The position numbers were made by a program, and so were the translations under genes. From positions 1,504,001 through 1,568,000 of the forward strand of contig CAXXXD010000002.1 of NCBI GenBank assembly GCA_963663385.2: DNA of 64,000 bases. Reading direction: 5' to 3'. Source of the stretch: Oceanispirochaeta sp. Lineage in GTDB: Bacteria; Spirochaetota; Spirochaetia; DSM-2461. Position 1 is the stretch's first letter. Each line of letters begins with the position of its first letter. Shown here piece after piece: positions 49,085-59,820 of this stretch. The notes under the pieces are model-generated. The model was not told the DNA's origin, did no database searches, and worked only from the letters and a program-made list of their open reading frames with translations.

Positions 49085-51163
49085 ATGGCTTTGCAGGATC
49101 AGGTGCGAAAACTGCTTAGTAGTAATAACAGTGACATGCTGGTTGCTGTGGGAGTCCTCACGGTAGTGATTATGATGATCATACCGCTGCCGACTTTTCT
49201 ACTCGATACATTTATGATTCTCAATATAATGCTGAGTCTGATGATTGTACTGATCGTGATGTACAATAAGGACCCTCTGGAATTTTCCATCTTTCCGACC
49301 ATGCTTCTTATTTCAACAGTCTTCTCTCTGGCTTTGAATATTTCCTCCACCAGGCTGATACTCACCAAGGGGGAACTGTTTCAGGGAAAGATTGTCCGGG
49401 CATTCGCCACATTCGTAGTCGGTACGACAGGCCGGGAAGGTATTGTTGTCGGTATTATCATCTTTATAATTATCGTGGCTGTGCAGTTTATGGTTATTAC
49501 CAAAGGTGCAACCCGTGTTTCCGAAGTAGCCGCCCGTTTTGCTCTGGATGCCATGCCCGGAAAACAGATGGCTATTGAAGCGGAATTGAATTCCGGCGCC
49601 ATCACGGAAGAGGAATCCCGCAGGCGGAAAGACCATCTTCAGCGCTCGGTCGACTTCTACGGAGCTATGGACGGTGCGTCCAAATTTGTATCGGGTAATG
49701 TAAAAGTCGGAATTGTCATAACCCTGATCAATATTATTGGGGGGTTGATTGTAGGGATCTCCATTCATCGGGAACCTTTTACTTCTGCCCTCTCCACCTA
49801 TACCACCCTGACGATCGGTGACGGACTTGTCTCTCAGGTACCGGCTCTTCTGATATCGGTTGCCACAGGTCTGGTTGTAACCCGGTCAATATCCGAAGGA
49901 ACCTTTGGCGAGGATGTTACGAATCAGTTTACCTCTCAGGCCAGGATTTACGGGATCGCTGCCGGGTTCCTGATTCTGCTGGGGGTTTTGCCGGGATTTC
50001 CCTGGTATCTTCTTCTTCCTCTGGGCGGTCTTTCGGCCTATACTGCCTATCGTCTGAGCCGTAGGAAAGTGGAGGAGAAACTTAAAGCCGAAGAGGTTGC
50101 GGCGGAAGGGGAAAAGGAAGCTCCTGCCGAAATGTCCCCGGTTGTGCCTTTTGATCCACTGTCTCTCGAGCTGGGGTATGGTTTGATTCCCCTTGTAGAC
50201 AAGGATCAGGGGGCTGAACTCCTGGAGCGGATTACACGGATCAGAAAAGAAGCGGCCCTTGATCTGGGACTCGTTGTTCCCCGTATTCGCATTATAGATA
50301 ATATGCGTCTGGAGCCTTCCGAATACTGCCTGAAAATCAAGGGAGTGGAAGTCGGCAGAGGACTGATCCGGGTTGACCATTATATGGCCATCAATCCGGG
50401 AGGAGAACGGGAACCCCTGGACGGGGAAACAACCAGGGACCCCGCCTTCGGGCTCTCTGCTGTGTGGATTTCAGGGGATCAGCGTGATATTGCCGAAAGA
50501 GAGGGGTATACTGTAGTAGATCCTCCGTCCATAATCGCCACTCATTTGACGGAAATTATTAAACGTCACGCTCCGGAGATTCTGGGGCGTCAGGAGGTTC
50601 AGGCTATGCTGGATGCTCTCAAGGAAGACTATTCAGCTGTTGTTGAAGAGACCAGAAAAATATTCGGTCCCGGAGAGGTTCAGAAGGTTCTGCAGAATCT
50701 TCTGAAAGAGCAGGTTTCCATACGGAATCTGGTGATGATTCTGGAATCCATGAGCGACTACGGTACTATTACCAAGGAAGCCGGATTCCTGACAGAAAAA
50801 GTACGGCAAACCCTTGGAAGACAGATATGTTTGCAGTATGCTACAGAAGAGAAAGAACTGAAGGTGCTTACAATAGATCCGGCTGTCGAGCAGAGTATTA
50901 TCGATTCAAGAATGGAGACGGGAAAAGGAGATATTGCTGCGTTGGATCCTGATTTTCAGAGGGCCTGGATTAATGCCGTTGCCAACAATGTCCGGACGAT
51001 TCAGGAGATGGGGTACTATCCTGTTCTTCTGACCAGTGAAGCGGCAAGACCACTGGTTAAATCCTCCACTCTCCGATCCATGCCGGATCTTGCGGTTCTC
51101 TCTGTACCGGAAGTGGTCAACGATATAAGCATAGAGTCTCTCGGCGTAATCGCTGTGGGTTGA
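49085..51163 (+). CDS. flhA: Export protein FlhA
   Basis: LNISSTRLIL, RVSEVAARFALDAMPGKQMAI, FYGAMDGASKFV, LTIGDGL, VSIRNL. Confidence 0.98.
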   Translation: MALQDQVRKLLSSNNSDMLVAVGVLTVVIMMIIPLPTFLLDTFMILNIMLSLMIVLIVMYNKDPLEFSIFPTMLLISTVFSLALNISSTRLILTKGELFQGKIVRAFATFVVGTTGREGIVVGIIIFIIIVAVQFMVITKGATRVSEVAARFALDAMPGKQMAIEAELNSGAITEEESRRRKDHLQRSVDFYGAMDGASKFVSGNVKVGIVITLINIIGGLIVGISIHREPFTSALSTYTTLTIGDGLVSQVPALLISVATGLVVTRSISEGTFGEDVTNQFTSQARIYGIAAGFLILLGVLPGFPWYLLLPLGGLSAYTAYRLSRRKVEEKLKAEEVAAEGEKEAPAEMSPVVPFDPLSLELGYGLIPLVDKDQGAELLERITRIRKEAALDLGLVVPRIRIIDNMRLEPSEYCLKIKGVEVGRGLIRVDHYMAINPGGEREPLDGETTRDPAFGLSAVWISGDQRDIAEREGYTVVDPPSIIATHLTEIIKRHAPEILGRQEVQAMLDALKEDYSAVVEETRKIFGPGEVQKVLQNLLKEQVSIRNLVMILESMSDYGTITKEAGFLTEKVRQTLGRQICLQYATEEKELKVLTIDPAVEQSIIDSRMETGKGDIAALDPDFQRAWINAVANNVRTIQEMGYYPVLLTSEAARPLVKSSTLRSMPDLAVLSVPEVVNDISIESLGVIAVG

Positions 51164-51180
51164 ATGGAATAAAAGGCAGG

Positions 51181-52365
51181 ATGATGGAGCAACATTTTAC
51201 GGAAACCGGTTTAAGCCATAAAGAGGTTGTAACCCGTATTCGAATGAAGTACGGGGACCGGGCTAAAATTATGTTTTACAAGAACATAAGGATAGGCGGT
51301 TTTCTGGGTATGTTTACAAAAGAGGGTGTGGAGTATACCGGTTATATTACGGACACACCGGCGGCAAACAGAAAAGAGGCGGATGAGAAGAGCAAGAAAG
51401 AGATTCTCTCAATGACTCAGACTCAGAAAGGATCGACCATAGATCAGGTTCTGAAAGAAGTACAGCAGCTGAAGGAACGCTTTGAGACAGGACCCGTCTT
51501 TCAGGAAACCCCGGATCTTCATCCTTCCCTTGAAAAAATGAAGGCCCTTCTGCTGGAAAACGGTTTTTCCGCAGATTACACCAAAGATATGATTGCCCGC
51601 CTGAAAAGGGAATTTTCCCTGGAGGATCTGGAACAGACGCTTCTTCTGGAAGAGACTGTTATGGAATGGATAGGTGAATCCATACAGATCTATCAGGAAG
51701 TCCCCGCTCCTTCTCCCCGGGTTTTTGTTCTGGTCGGTCCTACGGGTGTCGGGAAAACAACAACTATTGCCAAGCTGGCGGCAATAAACGGCATCACCTC
51801 CGGACAATCCCTTTCTGTGTGTATGATTACAATTGATAATTACAGGATCGGAGCCCGTACTCAGATTGAAACCTACGGGGATATAATGGGAATCCCTGTT
51901 TTTACAGCGGAATCCTTCCAGGACCTGAAAGAAAAGATTGAAATAAATCAGGATCAGGATCTGATTCTGGTGGATACCATTGGAAAGAGCCCCCGTGATT
52001 TCATGAAACTGGCGGAAATGAGGACTATCGTGGATGCCTGCGGTCAGAACAGTGAAATTCACCTGGCCATTTCGGCAACCACAAAAGATCAGGATATAAA
52101 AGAGATACTGGATCAGTTCGAACCGTTTCATTATAAAACGGTCATATTGACAAAACTGGATGAAACCACCAGAGTTGGCAACTTGATCAGTATTGTAACG
52201 GAAAGGAAAAAGCCTCTCTCCTTTTTAACGGATGGACAGGGTGTTCCCCAGGATATCTCCCGGGATGTACGGGGTAAACTTCTGGACTATCTGGTCGGAT
52301 TCAACTGTGATACCGAACAGATCGTCAGGAAGCTGGAAAAGAAATTTACAAAAGTGTGGAGCTGA
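51181..52365 (+). CDS. flhF: SRP-family GTPase FlhF
   Basis: [34 protein letters not shown] 51181. Confidence 0.95.
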   Translation: MMEQHFTETGLSHKEVVTRIRMKYGDRAKIMFYKNIRIGGFLGMFTKEGVEYTGYITDTPAANRKEADEKSKKEILSMTQTQKGSTIDQVLKEVQQLKERFETGPVFQETPDLHPSLEKMKALLLENGFSADYTKDMIARLKREFSLEDLEQTLLLEETVMEWIGESIQIYQEVPAPSPRVFVLVGPTGVGKTTTIAKLAAINGITSGQSLSVCMITIDNYRIGARTQIETYGDIMGIPVFTAESFQDLKEKIEINQDQDLILVDTIGKSPRDFMKLAEMRTIVDACGQNSEIHLAISATTKDQDIKEILDQFEPFHYKTVILTKLDETTRVGNLISIVTERKKPLSFLTDGQGVPQDISRDVRGKLLDYLVGFNCDTEQIVRKLEKKFTKVWS

Positions 52366-52369
52366 CAGG

Positions 52370-53257
52370 ATGCAGGATCAGGCAGAATTGTTGCGTGAGA
52401 TGATGAAGAATAAAGGGGCTGCCGGCGGAGCGGCAGGCAAAGCGGATGATCCGGGTAAAACGCGGATTATTACTGTTGCCAGCGGAAAAGGCGGTGTCGG
52501 AAAGACCAATATGTCCATTAATCTGGCGCTGGCTTATGCCAAAATGGGTAAAAAAGTCATTGTTCTGGATGCTGACCTGGGGTTGGCCAATGTCAATGTT
52601 GTTCTTGGAGTTATACCTAAATTCAATCTGTATCATGTTATCCGCAAGCAGAAAACCATGAAGGAAGTCATCCTGGATACAAACTATGGTATTCAGATTG
52701 TAGCCGGTGCATCCGGATTTTCCCGGGTGGCAAACCTGACAGATGATGAGCGCAGCAACTTTATTGAAGAGCTCTCCGAACTCTCTACGGCAGACATCAT
52801 CATTATTGATACCAGTGCCGGAGTGAGTCAGAACGTCCTGGCTTTTGTGGAAGCAGCTGACGAAATCCTGATTGTCACCACTCCGGAACCGACGTCCATT
52901 ACAGATGCCTACGGTATTATCAAGATAATAGCTACGGAAATTGAAAATCCGGATATGAGTATGAAACTGGTGGTCAACCGGGTGGCAAGTGTTACGGAAG
53001 CCAAGAAAGTTGCACAGAAAGTTATAAGTATTGCCGCTCAGTTTCTGAATCTGAAGGTGGATTATCTTGGTTTTGTTTACGAGGATACAGCTGTTCCTGC
53101 GGCTGTCCGGAAACAGCTTCCCTTCATGGTAGCCGATCCAAAGGGACAGGCTTCAATGTGTATGCAGTCTATTGTCAGCCGTCTGGAAAATGTTGAGTTC
53201 AAGGAAGGAAAAGGGGTTTCTCACTTTATCAGGCGTTTGATGCACCGAATGGAATAG
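52370..53257 (+). CDS. flhG: MinD-like ATPase FlhG/FleN
   Basis: [10 protein letters not shown]-terminus, [32 protein letters not shown] 52370. Confidence 0.95.
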   Translation: MQDQAELLREMMKNKGAAGGAAGKADDPGKTRIITVASGKGGVGKTNMSINLALAYAKMGKKVIVLDADLGLANVNVVLGVIPKFNLYHVIRKQKTMKEVILDTNYGIQIVAGASGFSRVANLTDDERSNFIEELSELSTADIIIIDTSAGVSQNVLAFVEAADEILIVTTPEPTSITDAYGIIKIIATEIENPDMSMKLVVNRVASVTEAKKVAQKVISIAAQFLNLKVDYLGFVYEDTAVPAAVRKQLPFMVADPKGQASMCMQSIVSRLENVEFKEGKGVSHFIRRLMHRME

Positions 53258-53258
53258 G

Positions 53259-53287
53259 TTGACGGGAAGGGTATTATCTTCTAGTTT
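53259..53287 (+). promoter_or_regulatory. Putative internal sigma70 promoter for flgV-fliA
   Basis: TTGACG-N17-TAGTTT immediately after the flhG stop. Confidence 0.45.
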
Positions 53288-53309
53288 TTTAGTATGGGGG
53301 GGTGTCTAT

Positions 53310-53981
53310 CTGAAAACAGGTTCCAATATAGCAATACCGGCATCCCTTACGGGTGGTGCTACGATTCTGTCAATTATCACCGGGGCAGTCAGCGGTGTTT
53401 CTCCCGGGACCATCCTGATCCGTGGTGCGGCAACAGCTGTTCTTAGTTTCGGATTTATTTTTGCCTGTGTCTGGCTTATTAAAACCTTTTTACCGGAATT
53501 GACCGAAGAGGTTGAAAATAAAGACAGCAGGAAGACCGATGACTCCGGAAAAGCCGGTGAAAGCGGGCAGAATGTAAATATCGTTATGCCTGCGGAACCA
53601 CCCGGTGCCGCTTCCGGAATTCCGACTACCCGGGAATTTCCGGAAGAACAGGAATTCAGCGGGTTAACTAATCCCATAGATCAGATGGATAATAAAATTG
53701 CAGAATCTGATGAAAATGTGCATAATAATAAACCGGAAGTGTCTGAAATAAACACTTCCTTTCTCTCAGGCGGGAATCACCTTGATGTCCTTCCCAGTCT
53801 GGATACACTGGATTTAAACACCGGAGCTGTTTCTTCGAATGAAGAGGAAGATCTGACGGTGGAACCTGCTGCTGCGGCAGCTCCGGTTGGCAATGGCAGT
53901 TTTAACGGGAGTAATGATCCCGAAGAAATTGCAAAAGCAGTTAAAACTGTATTGAAAAGAGATCAGCAGGATAGGAAGTAA
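53310..53981 (+). CDS. flgV: FlgV-like two-TM flagellar protein
   Basis: Two N-terminal TM segments ending FLPEL, acidic disordered middle, C-terminal helix DPEEIAKAVKTVL. Lies between flhG and fliA. Start is CTG 53310 or TTG 53259. Confidence 0.7.
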   Translation: MKTGSNIAIPASLTGGATILSIITGAVSGVSPGTILIRGAATAVLSFGFIFACVWLIKTFLPELTEEVENKDSRKTDDSGKAGESGQNVNIVMPAEPPGAASGIPTTREFPEEQEFSGLTNPIDQMDNKIAESDENVHNNKPEVSEINTSFLSGGNHLDVLPSLDTLDLNTGAVSSNEEEDLTVEPAAAAAPVGNGSFNGSNDPEEIAKAVKTVLKRDQQDRK

Positions 53982-53987
53982 TCGTAA

Positions 53988-54776
53988 ATGTCTGAAAAAG
54001 TATTGGAAAATGTGACAGAAGAAGAGTTGTGGAAGGAGTATCGGAAAACGCATAGCCAGAAAATCCGCGATACCCTTATCAGACAATATGCTCCTCTTGT
54101 AAAATATGTTGCAGGTAAAATTTCCGTCGGAATGCCTCAGAATGTTGATTTTGATGATCTGGTGGGTTTCGGTGTATTCGGACTGTTCGATGCTATTGAG
54201 AAGTTTGATCCTGATAAACATGTTAAATTTAAAACCTATGCGGTAACCCGGATCCGGGGAGCCATTTTTGACGAACTCCGGTCCATTGACTGGGTTCCCC
54301 GTTCTGTCAGGCAGAAAACCCGTGAGATAGAGGATACCATTCAGCAACTGGAATCCGATCTGGGACGTTCTGTAACGGATGAGGAAGTGGCCAAAGCAAT
54401 GAATATGTCGCCGGAGCAGTATAACCAGATGGTTTTGAAGGTACGGGGGACATCCATCCTTTCCCTTAATGATGTTTGGTATTCGGGGGATGAGAACGAT
54501 TCGGTTTCCATTCAGGACAGTATTGAATCTCCTGTCAGCCTCCAGCCCGAAACTATTGCAGAAAAAGACGAAATCCGTCGTGTTATTGCAGAAGCAATAC
54601 ATGAACTGCCTGATAAAGAACAGAAGGTTCTTGTCCTCTACTACTATGAAGATCTGACTCTGAAGGAGATAGGCAAAGTCCTGGAAGTTACGGAATCCCG
54701 AATTTCCCAGCTGCATACGAAAGCCATAATGCGTTTGCGCGGGAAACTGACCAATATGAAAAAAGGAATCATGTAG
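53988..54776 (+). CDS. fliA: RNA polymerase sigma factor FliA/WhiG (sigma28)
   Basis: [45 protein letters not shown]. Confidence 0.97.
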   Translation: MSEKVLENVTEEELWKEYRKTHSQKIRDTLIRQYAPLVKYVAGKISVGMPQNVDFDDLVGFGVFGLFDAIEKFDPDKHVKFKTYAVTRIRGAIFDELRSIDWVPRSVRQKTREIEDTIQQLESDLGRSVTDEEVAKAMNMSPEQYNQMVLKVRGTSILSLNDVWYSGDENDSVSIQDSIESPVSLQPETIAEKDEIRRVIAEAIHELPDKEQKVLVLYYYEDLTLKEIGKVLEVTESRISQLHTKAIMRLRGKLTNMKKGIM

Positions 54777-54777
54777 C

Positions 54778-56736
54778 ATGATAGGCCAGGATCAGTTTCA
54801 GGAGATTATGCGTGAAATGTCTTTGAATGACAGGGAACGAAAATCTGTTGAAGTGACTGGTAGAACCATAGAAGAAGCTCTCGGGCAGGCCGCCATAGAG
54901 TTGGGAGTTCCCGTCCGGCGTCTGGAATATGAGATGAACCAGAAAGGAAAGAGGGGCTTCCTCGGAATCGGTCATAAAGATTTCTCCCTGACAGTTTACG
55001 AAGGGGAAAAACGGATTGTTACAAATGAAGAAGGGGAGATCATCTTCGAAGATCTGGCGGAAGAGTCCATTGTGGAAGAAGATGTTATCATCAACGGAGA
55101 TTTTTCCGTCCGTCTTACCAACGACGGCGCCTATCTGAAGGTTTCTCCCCCCGACGACAGGGGGACTGCTGTTTCAATGGACCAGATCATGTTTGAGCTG
55201 GCACGGCGGCAGGTTACGGATCTGTTTGAGGAAAAAATCCAGTCCACCGTTGAAAATGCAGATGCCGTATACGTTAAAGTCGGAGATTTTATCTATAATC
55301 CCATAAACGATGCCAGACCGACTTTAGAGGTCAGTGATGATGAAATGAAAGCTCACATCATTGTGGCTGAGCCGGGACCGGGAGGCGCCGATCTGACATC
55401 TTCGGATATCACTTCCTTTCTGCGGAATAACAATGTGGTATACGGTATCCTGGAAGATGCCCTGCTCAGGTTTGAAGATCACCCTGTTTACAATGAACCA
55501 TACCTGATAGCTCAGGGGGAACCGGCGGTAAACGGTAAAAACGCTTCCATCTCCTACCTTTTTGAAGTGGACCCGTCCCAGATAAAGCTGAAACAGAAGA
55601 ACGACGGTACCGTGGATTTCAAGGAGCTGAATCTTATTCAGAATGTTGTTAAAGGACAGCCTCTTGCCAGAAAGATTCCACCGGAAGCCGGAAAAGACGG
55701 CCGGACGGTGTATGGCAAGTACATCCCTGCCAAAGACGGGTCTGATCTGCAGATCGGTCTGGGAAAAAATGTTTCCATTACCGATAACGGCCGGACCGTT
55801 ATTGCTTCGGAAAGCGGTCAGGTCCTTCTGCTTAAGGGTAAGGTTACAGTTGAAACCGTTCTTGTTATTCCGGGGGATGTCAACGCATCCACGGGTAATG
55901 TTAACGGACTGGGTACGGTTATAATCAAGGGGAATGTGGAAGACGGTTTTGAGGTATCCGCACAGGGTAATATTGAAGTTAACGGTTTTGTGGGCAAGTC
56001 CAACCTTAATGCCGGCGGGGATATCGTGGTAAAACGAGGTATCAACGGGGGAGAGGGCGAGTACGGTCATATCTCATCGGGGCTTTCCGTATGGTCCAGT
56101 TTTATTAATAATGCCAGTGTATACGCCGGTGAAAATGTTATCGTCAGTGACGGAATCGTTAATGCCCATGTGGATGCTTCCTCCAAGATCCTCTGCAAGG
56201 GAAAACGGGCCCGGATTGTCGGGGGGGAATTGAAAGCGGCTGAAGAGATCAATGCGGCAACCCTCGGATCGAAGGGAGGCGCCGAGACAATCCTTCGTGT
56301 CGGTTATGATCCCAAAGCCAAGGAAGAGATGAATGAACTGCTCCGGGAACAGGAGGAGCTGGATAAGGAACAGAATGAGATTGATCGCAATCTACAGGGA
56401 TTTATGAAGCAGAAGCGGGCCAGAAAAAAACTCTCCGCAGAAAAGGAGAAGCTGTTTCAGGAACTCAAAGTGCGTCATAACGATCTGATTGATGAGATCG
56501 AGAAGCTGAAGGATGCCATAGAACATAAGAATGAGTATCTATCTGTATTACAGCTGCAGGGAAAAATTTCTGCATCTACAAATGTGAATACAGGTGTTAA
56601 AATATATATAAAGGATGATGAGTACGAAGTTACCAATCCTTATGACTATCCTGTTACCTTTGTCCTTCAGGACGGTTTTATTACTACCGCGAAGTATGAG
56701 GACATTGAGGAGGAAGAGCTGCAGCGGCGGGATTGA
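54778..56736 (+). CDS. fapA: FapA (DUF342) family protein with N-terminal Jag_N-like domain
   Basis: GRTIEEAL..AAIEL...KRGFLGIG (Jag_N). VDFKELNLIQNV, GDVNASTGNV and beta-helix repeats (DUF342). Confidence 0.85.
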   Translation: MIGQDQFQEIMREMSLNDRERKSVEVTGRTIEEALGQAAIELGVPVRRLEYEMNQKGKRGFLGIGHKDFSLTVYEGEKRIVTNEEGEIIFEDLAEESIVEEDVIINGDFSVRLTNDGAYLKVSPPDDRGTAVSMDQIMFELARRQVTDLFEEKIQSTVENADAVYVKVGDFIYNPINDARPTLEVSDDEMKAHIIVAEPGPGGADLTSSDITSFLRNNNVVYGILEDALLRFEDHPVYNEPYLIAQGEPAVNGKNASISYLFEVDPSQIKLKQKNDGTVDFKELNLIQNVVKGQPLARKIPPEAGKDGRTVYGKYIPAKDGSDLQIGLGKNVSITDNGRTVIASESGQVLLLKGKVTVETVLVIPGDVNASTGNVNGLGTVIIKGNVEDGFEVSAQGNIEVNGFVGKSNLNAGGDIVVKRGINGGEGEYGHISSGLSVWSSFINNASVYAGENVIVSDGIVNAHVDASSKILCKGKRARIVGGELKAAEEINAATLGSKGGAETILRVGYDPKAKEEMNELLREQEELDKEQNEIDRNLQGFMKQKRARKKLSAEKEKLFQELKVRHNDLIDEIEKLKDAIEHKNEYLSVLQLQGKISASTNVNTGVKIYIKDDEYEVTNPYDYPVTFVLQDGFITTAKYEDIEEEELQRRD

Positions 56737-56760
56737 AAAAATCCGGCTGAGGAGGAGCGT

Positions 56761-57087
56761 ATGTCTATCAAACCTCTTGATCTTCAAACAATGTTTGTCA
56801 GGTTGAATGAGGTCAGCAGAGAACAATCTCAAAGTCAGCATGCGGGAGCCTTGCAGCAGAACGACGAAGCCAGAAAACTTGTGGAGCAGGAATTGCAGCA
56901 GGACAGTTCTGTCAATGCAACAAGAGAGGATAAGGAAAGCAGAAAAGTCGAAGATAAGGAAGCCGGAAGCGGTAAGCAGGAGCAGGAAAAACACCAGGCC
57001 GGGGGCGACGGAAAACCCGAAGAAAAAAGAAAAAAGAAGATTGTTCAGGATCCCGATATGGGAAAACATATAGATATATCCGGATAA
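56761..57087 (+). CDS. Small hypothetical protein after fapA
   Basis: GAGGAGGAG RBS. MSIKPLDLQ N-terminus and GKHIDI C-terminus, charged middle. Confidence 0.8.
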   Translation: MSIKPLDLQTMFVRLNEVSREQSQSQHAGALQQNDEARKLVEQELQQDSSVNATREDKESRKVEDKEAGSGKQEQEKHQAGGDGKPEEKRKKKIVQDPDMGKHIDISG

Positions 57088-57102
57088 GCATCAGGGAGTA
57101 CT

Positions 57103-57627
57103 ATGACAGGAATTATTCTGGCTGTTGCCGCAGGAGCAATGGCCGGCGGATTTTTATATCTTAGAAACAGAATTGATAAAGCCGTTTCCGGTGATCAGTG
57201 GATCAGCCGGATCCGGGATGAAATAGATGAACTCGTTCTTGAAATGAATCAGACTGCAGAGAGAAACGTCGCTCTCCTGGAAGACCGGATTAAAACCCTG
57301 GAAGCCCTTCTTGAAGAAGCAGACCGCAAGCTCATTATCATGCAGAAGGAATCGGAAAAGTCGGATCTGTCCCGTCAGGTCTATACACACCTAAAGAAAA
57401 AAACAGTGCTTCCGAAAGAAGAACCTTTACAGCGGGAAGGACTGCAGCTGACTCTGGCCGATGAAGAAAGGGAACATGAAAAGGAAAAACCAAAGTCCCT
57501 GAAGGATCAGGTTATGGCGCTTTACAGTCAGGGATTTTCAGCCGATATAATTTCCCAGAAACTGAAAACTACCATTGCCGAAGTGGACCTTATTATATCC
57601 CTCCAGACAGAAGGGGCTGATTTGTGA
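57103..57627 (+). CDS. Membrane-anchored coiled-coil protein with C-terminal HTH-like motif
   Basis: N-terminal TM, coiled coil, LYSQGFSADIISQKL...AEVDLI. Confidence 0.75.
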   Translation: MTGIILAVAAGAMAGGFLYLRNRIDKAVSGDQWISRIRDEIDELVLEMNQTAERNVALLEDRIKTLEALLEEADRKLIIMQKESEKSDLSRQVYTHLKKKTVLPKEEPLQREGLQLTLADEEREHEKEKPKSLKDQVMALYSQGFSADIISQKLKTTIAEVDLIISLQTEGADL

Positions 57628-59486
57628 CGCATTTGAAAGAATTCCTCACCGATGCGAACCCTATTCTGGAGAAATTCCGAAGTCAATTGTCGCTCTGCCG
57701 CAAACAGCTGCCCGAGCAGACTCTGCTGGATGATCTTTTCCGGCACCTTCACTCTCTAAAGTCGGGGGCCGCTTTTTTTCAGCTGAGTGAAGTGGAAAAC
57801 CATATCCATTATATGGAGAGCCTTTTCGACGATATGAAGAAATCTTCCGATGAAGCCAGGTTATTCCGAAAGGCAACGGAACTTTTTGAAGAAATCCCCA
57901 GGCTGGAGGAACTGCTGAAGCAATCCAGTGACGAGGATGCCAGATTCTATGTAGATCAGTCGGATGACCCTATTGAAATCTCCCTTTCCGGCAGGAGCGG
58001 CGGAGATGATCATATAGAACTTTCTCCCTTTCAGAAACAATTGCTGTGGGAGGCGGAGAGACGGGAGGATCAGCTTTTCTGTTTGACTGTACAGATGGAT
58101 CCGGATGAAAGGCTCCCCTATGTACGGGCTTTTCTTATACTGAATAATCTGGAGATCCGCAGTAATGTTATCTATGCTCATCCCGTTCCGGACAGTGAGG
58201 ATCAGGATTATTCAACTTTGACATTTATTCTGACTTCCGATTCGGGGGATTCTCCGGTTTTTGAAGCGGTTAATGTGGATGGCATCCTCCAGACAAGCCT
58301 GGTTCAGATGGATTATTCCCGTTTCAGCAGCGGAAGGAAAGGGAACTCCCATTCGGATATTATGGTTCAGGAAACTCTGGCTCCGGTAATGAGTAAAGTT
58401 GAGCTGGAAGCAGATACACTATCCCGTTTGAAGGAATCCCTTATCGAGATGAAAGAGATTGTACTGCCCCTCCCGCCGGGGCTGCATCAGAAGGAACCTC
58501 TTCTTGGTCTGATCCGCGAGATGGAGCAGGATCTGAGTGAAGTTTCTCTTATCCCCCTGTCTTCTCTTTTTTCCAATTTGAAGCGCTTTATAAAAGATTC
58601 CGGTGAGAGGATGGGTAAAAAGATCAGCTGTGATTTCAGGGGAGGGCAGTTCGGCTTGAGCATCAGAAGCCTGGAACTTGTTTCCCGCGTACTGATACAG
58701 CTGATCCGGAATGCGGTCAGTCATGGGATCGAGTCTCCCTCCCGGAGACTGGAAGCCGGTAAAAACCCGGTAGGCATGATTTCTCTTATTGCCAGGCAGG
58801 AAGGCGCCAGTATAAAGCTGCTCTTTCAGGATGATGGTAAGGGTGTCGATCTGGAAGAAGTGAACCGGAAACTTTCTCTGAATGGAGAAGCCCCGGGAGA
58901 CAGGGATAATCTTCTTCGTATCCTTACCAGGCCGGGATTTTCCACCAATGAGAATCCCGATAGAATGTCCGGCCGAGGAATCGGTCTGGATCTGGTTGCC
59001 CATGATGTAGAGAATGCCCTTGGCGGTTCCCTGGAACTTGAGACGGATCCGGGAAAAGGCACACGGTTTATTCTGACTCTGCCGGGTGAGAGGGATATGA
59101 TTCCCATGATGGTTTTTCAGATGGAAAACCGCCTGCTGGCTCTTCCCAGAAGGAATGTCGCCGGAATTTTCCCAATGGACCGGGAATCTATTGAGCAGAA
59201 GGAGCATAATCTTCTTTACTACAGAATCGGGGAGGATGTGCTGCCTCTTTTCAATTTAAGAGGAATGATCAGCCGCAAGAAACTCAATTTTGTTACCCCC
59301 TATATCCTTGTAGTGCAGCATCTGGGAAGAAAAGCTGTCATGTCTGTAGATGATTTGGTATTGGAGAGGGATATCCCCCGGGATCATTTTATTCTGGGCG
59401 ATCAGAAAGAACCCTTTATCTATGATGTCAGCATTTCCGGAGAACCCGCCGACTTTATGTATCTTTCTCCGGCATTGATTGGATAG
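57624..59486 (+). CDS. Divergent CheA-like histidine kinase (HPt-P2-HATPase-CheW-like)
   Basis: HPt LFRHLHSLKS, P2-like VRAFLILNNLE, QLIRNAVSHGIE, DDGKG, PGFST, SGRGIGLD, GTRF. Confidence 0.85.
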   Translation: MTHLKEFLTDANPILEKFRSQLSLCRKQLPEQTLLDDLFRHLHSLKSGAAFFQLSEVENHIHYMESLFDDMKKSSDEARLFRKATELFEEIPRLEELLKQSSDEDARFYVDQSDDPIEISLSGRSGGDDHIELSPFQKQLLWEAERREDQLFCLTVQMDPDERLPYVRAFLILNNLEIRSNVIYAHPVPDSEDQDYSTLTFILTSDSGDSPVFEAVNVDGILQTSLVQMDYSRFSSGRKGNSHSDIMVQETLAPVMSKVELEADTLSRLKESLIEMKEIVLPLPPGLHQKEPLLGLIREMEQDLSEVSLIPLSSLFSNLKRFIKDSGERMGKKISCDFRGGQFGLSIRSLELVSRVLIQLIRNAVSHGIESPSRRLEAGKNPVGMISLIARQEGASIKLLFQDDGKGVDLEEVNRKLSLNGEAPGDRDNLLRILTRPGFSTNENPDRMSGRGIGLDLVAHDVENALGGSLELETDPGKGTRFILTLPGERDMIPMMVFQMENRLLALPRRNVAGIFPMDRESIEQKEHNLLYYRIGEDVLPLFNLRGMISRKKLNFVTPYILVVQHLGRKAVMSVDDLVLERDIPRDHFILGDQKEPFIYDVSISGEPADFMYLSPALIG

Positions 59487-59490
59487 AACT

Positions 59491-59820
59491 ATGAAAGAAG
59501 TGATTGAATCTGTAATACAGGTAGAAAAGGAATCCGAGACCAGGCTGGCGGATGCCCGCAGAAAGGCTGGAGATATAAAAAAGGAGTGTGACCGGGAGCT
59601 GGCAGAACAGACACGCATTTTCAAGGAAAAAATGACCTCAGCCTATCAGGAAAAAATAGCTTTGGTCCGGGAGCAGCTGGAAAGGGAATACCGTAAAAAA
59701 GTCGACTGTGAAAAGGAGCTTTACAATCATCCGGTGAACCTCAAGGATGAACCCTATAATGCCATAGTAGAAAGTGTTGTAGATATAATTGCCGCTTCCC
59801 CTGTGCCGCAAAGGGAATGA
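59491..59820 (+). CDS. V/A-type ATPase peripheral stalk subunit (G/H-like)
   Basis: Short charged coiled coil (EVIESVIQVEKES...AIVESVVDII), first gene of the ATPase cluster. Confidence 0.65.
   Translation: MKEVIESVIQVEKESETRLADARRKAGDIKKECDRELAEQTRIFKEKMTSAYQEKIALVREQLEREYRKKVDCEKELYNHPVNLKDEPYNAIVESVVDIIAASPVPQRE

Noticed and set aside
52232..52369. N-terminal extensions in the ORF track for flhG, nadK (3965), ftsL (16985) and flhF (51160)
   Set aside because: They overlap upstream genes, and downstream ATGs give the family-typical N-termini.
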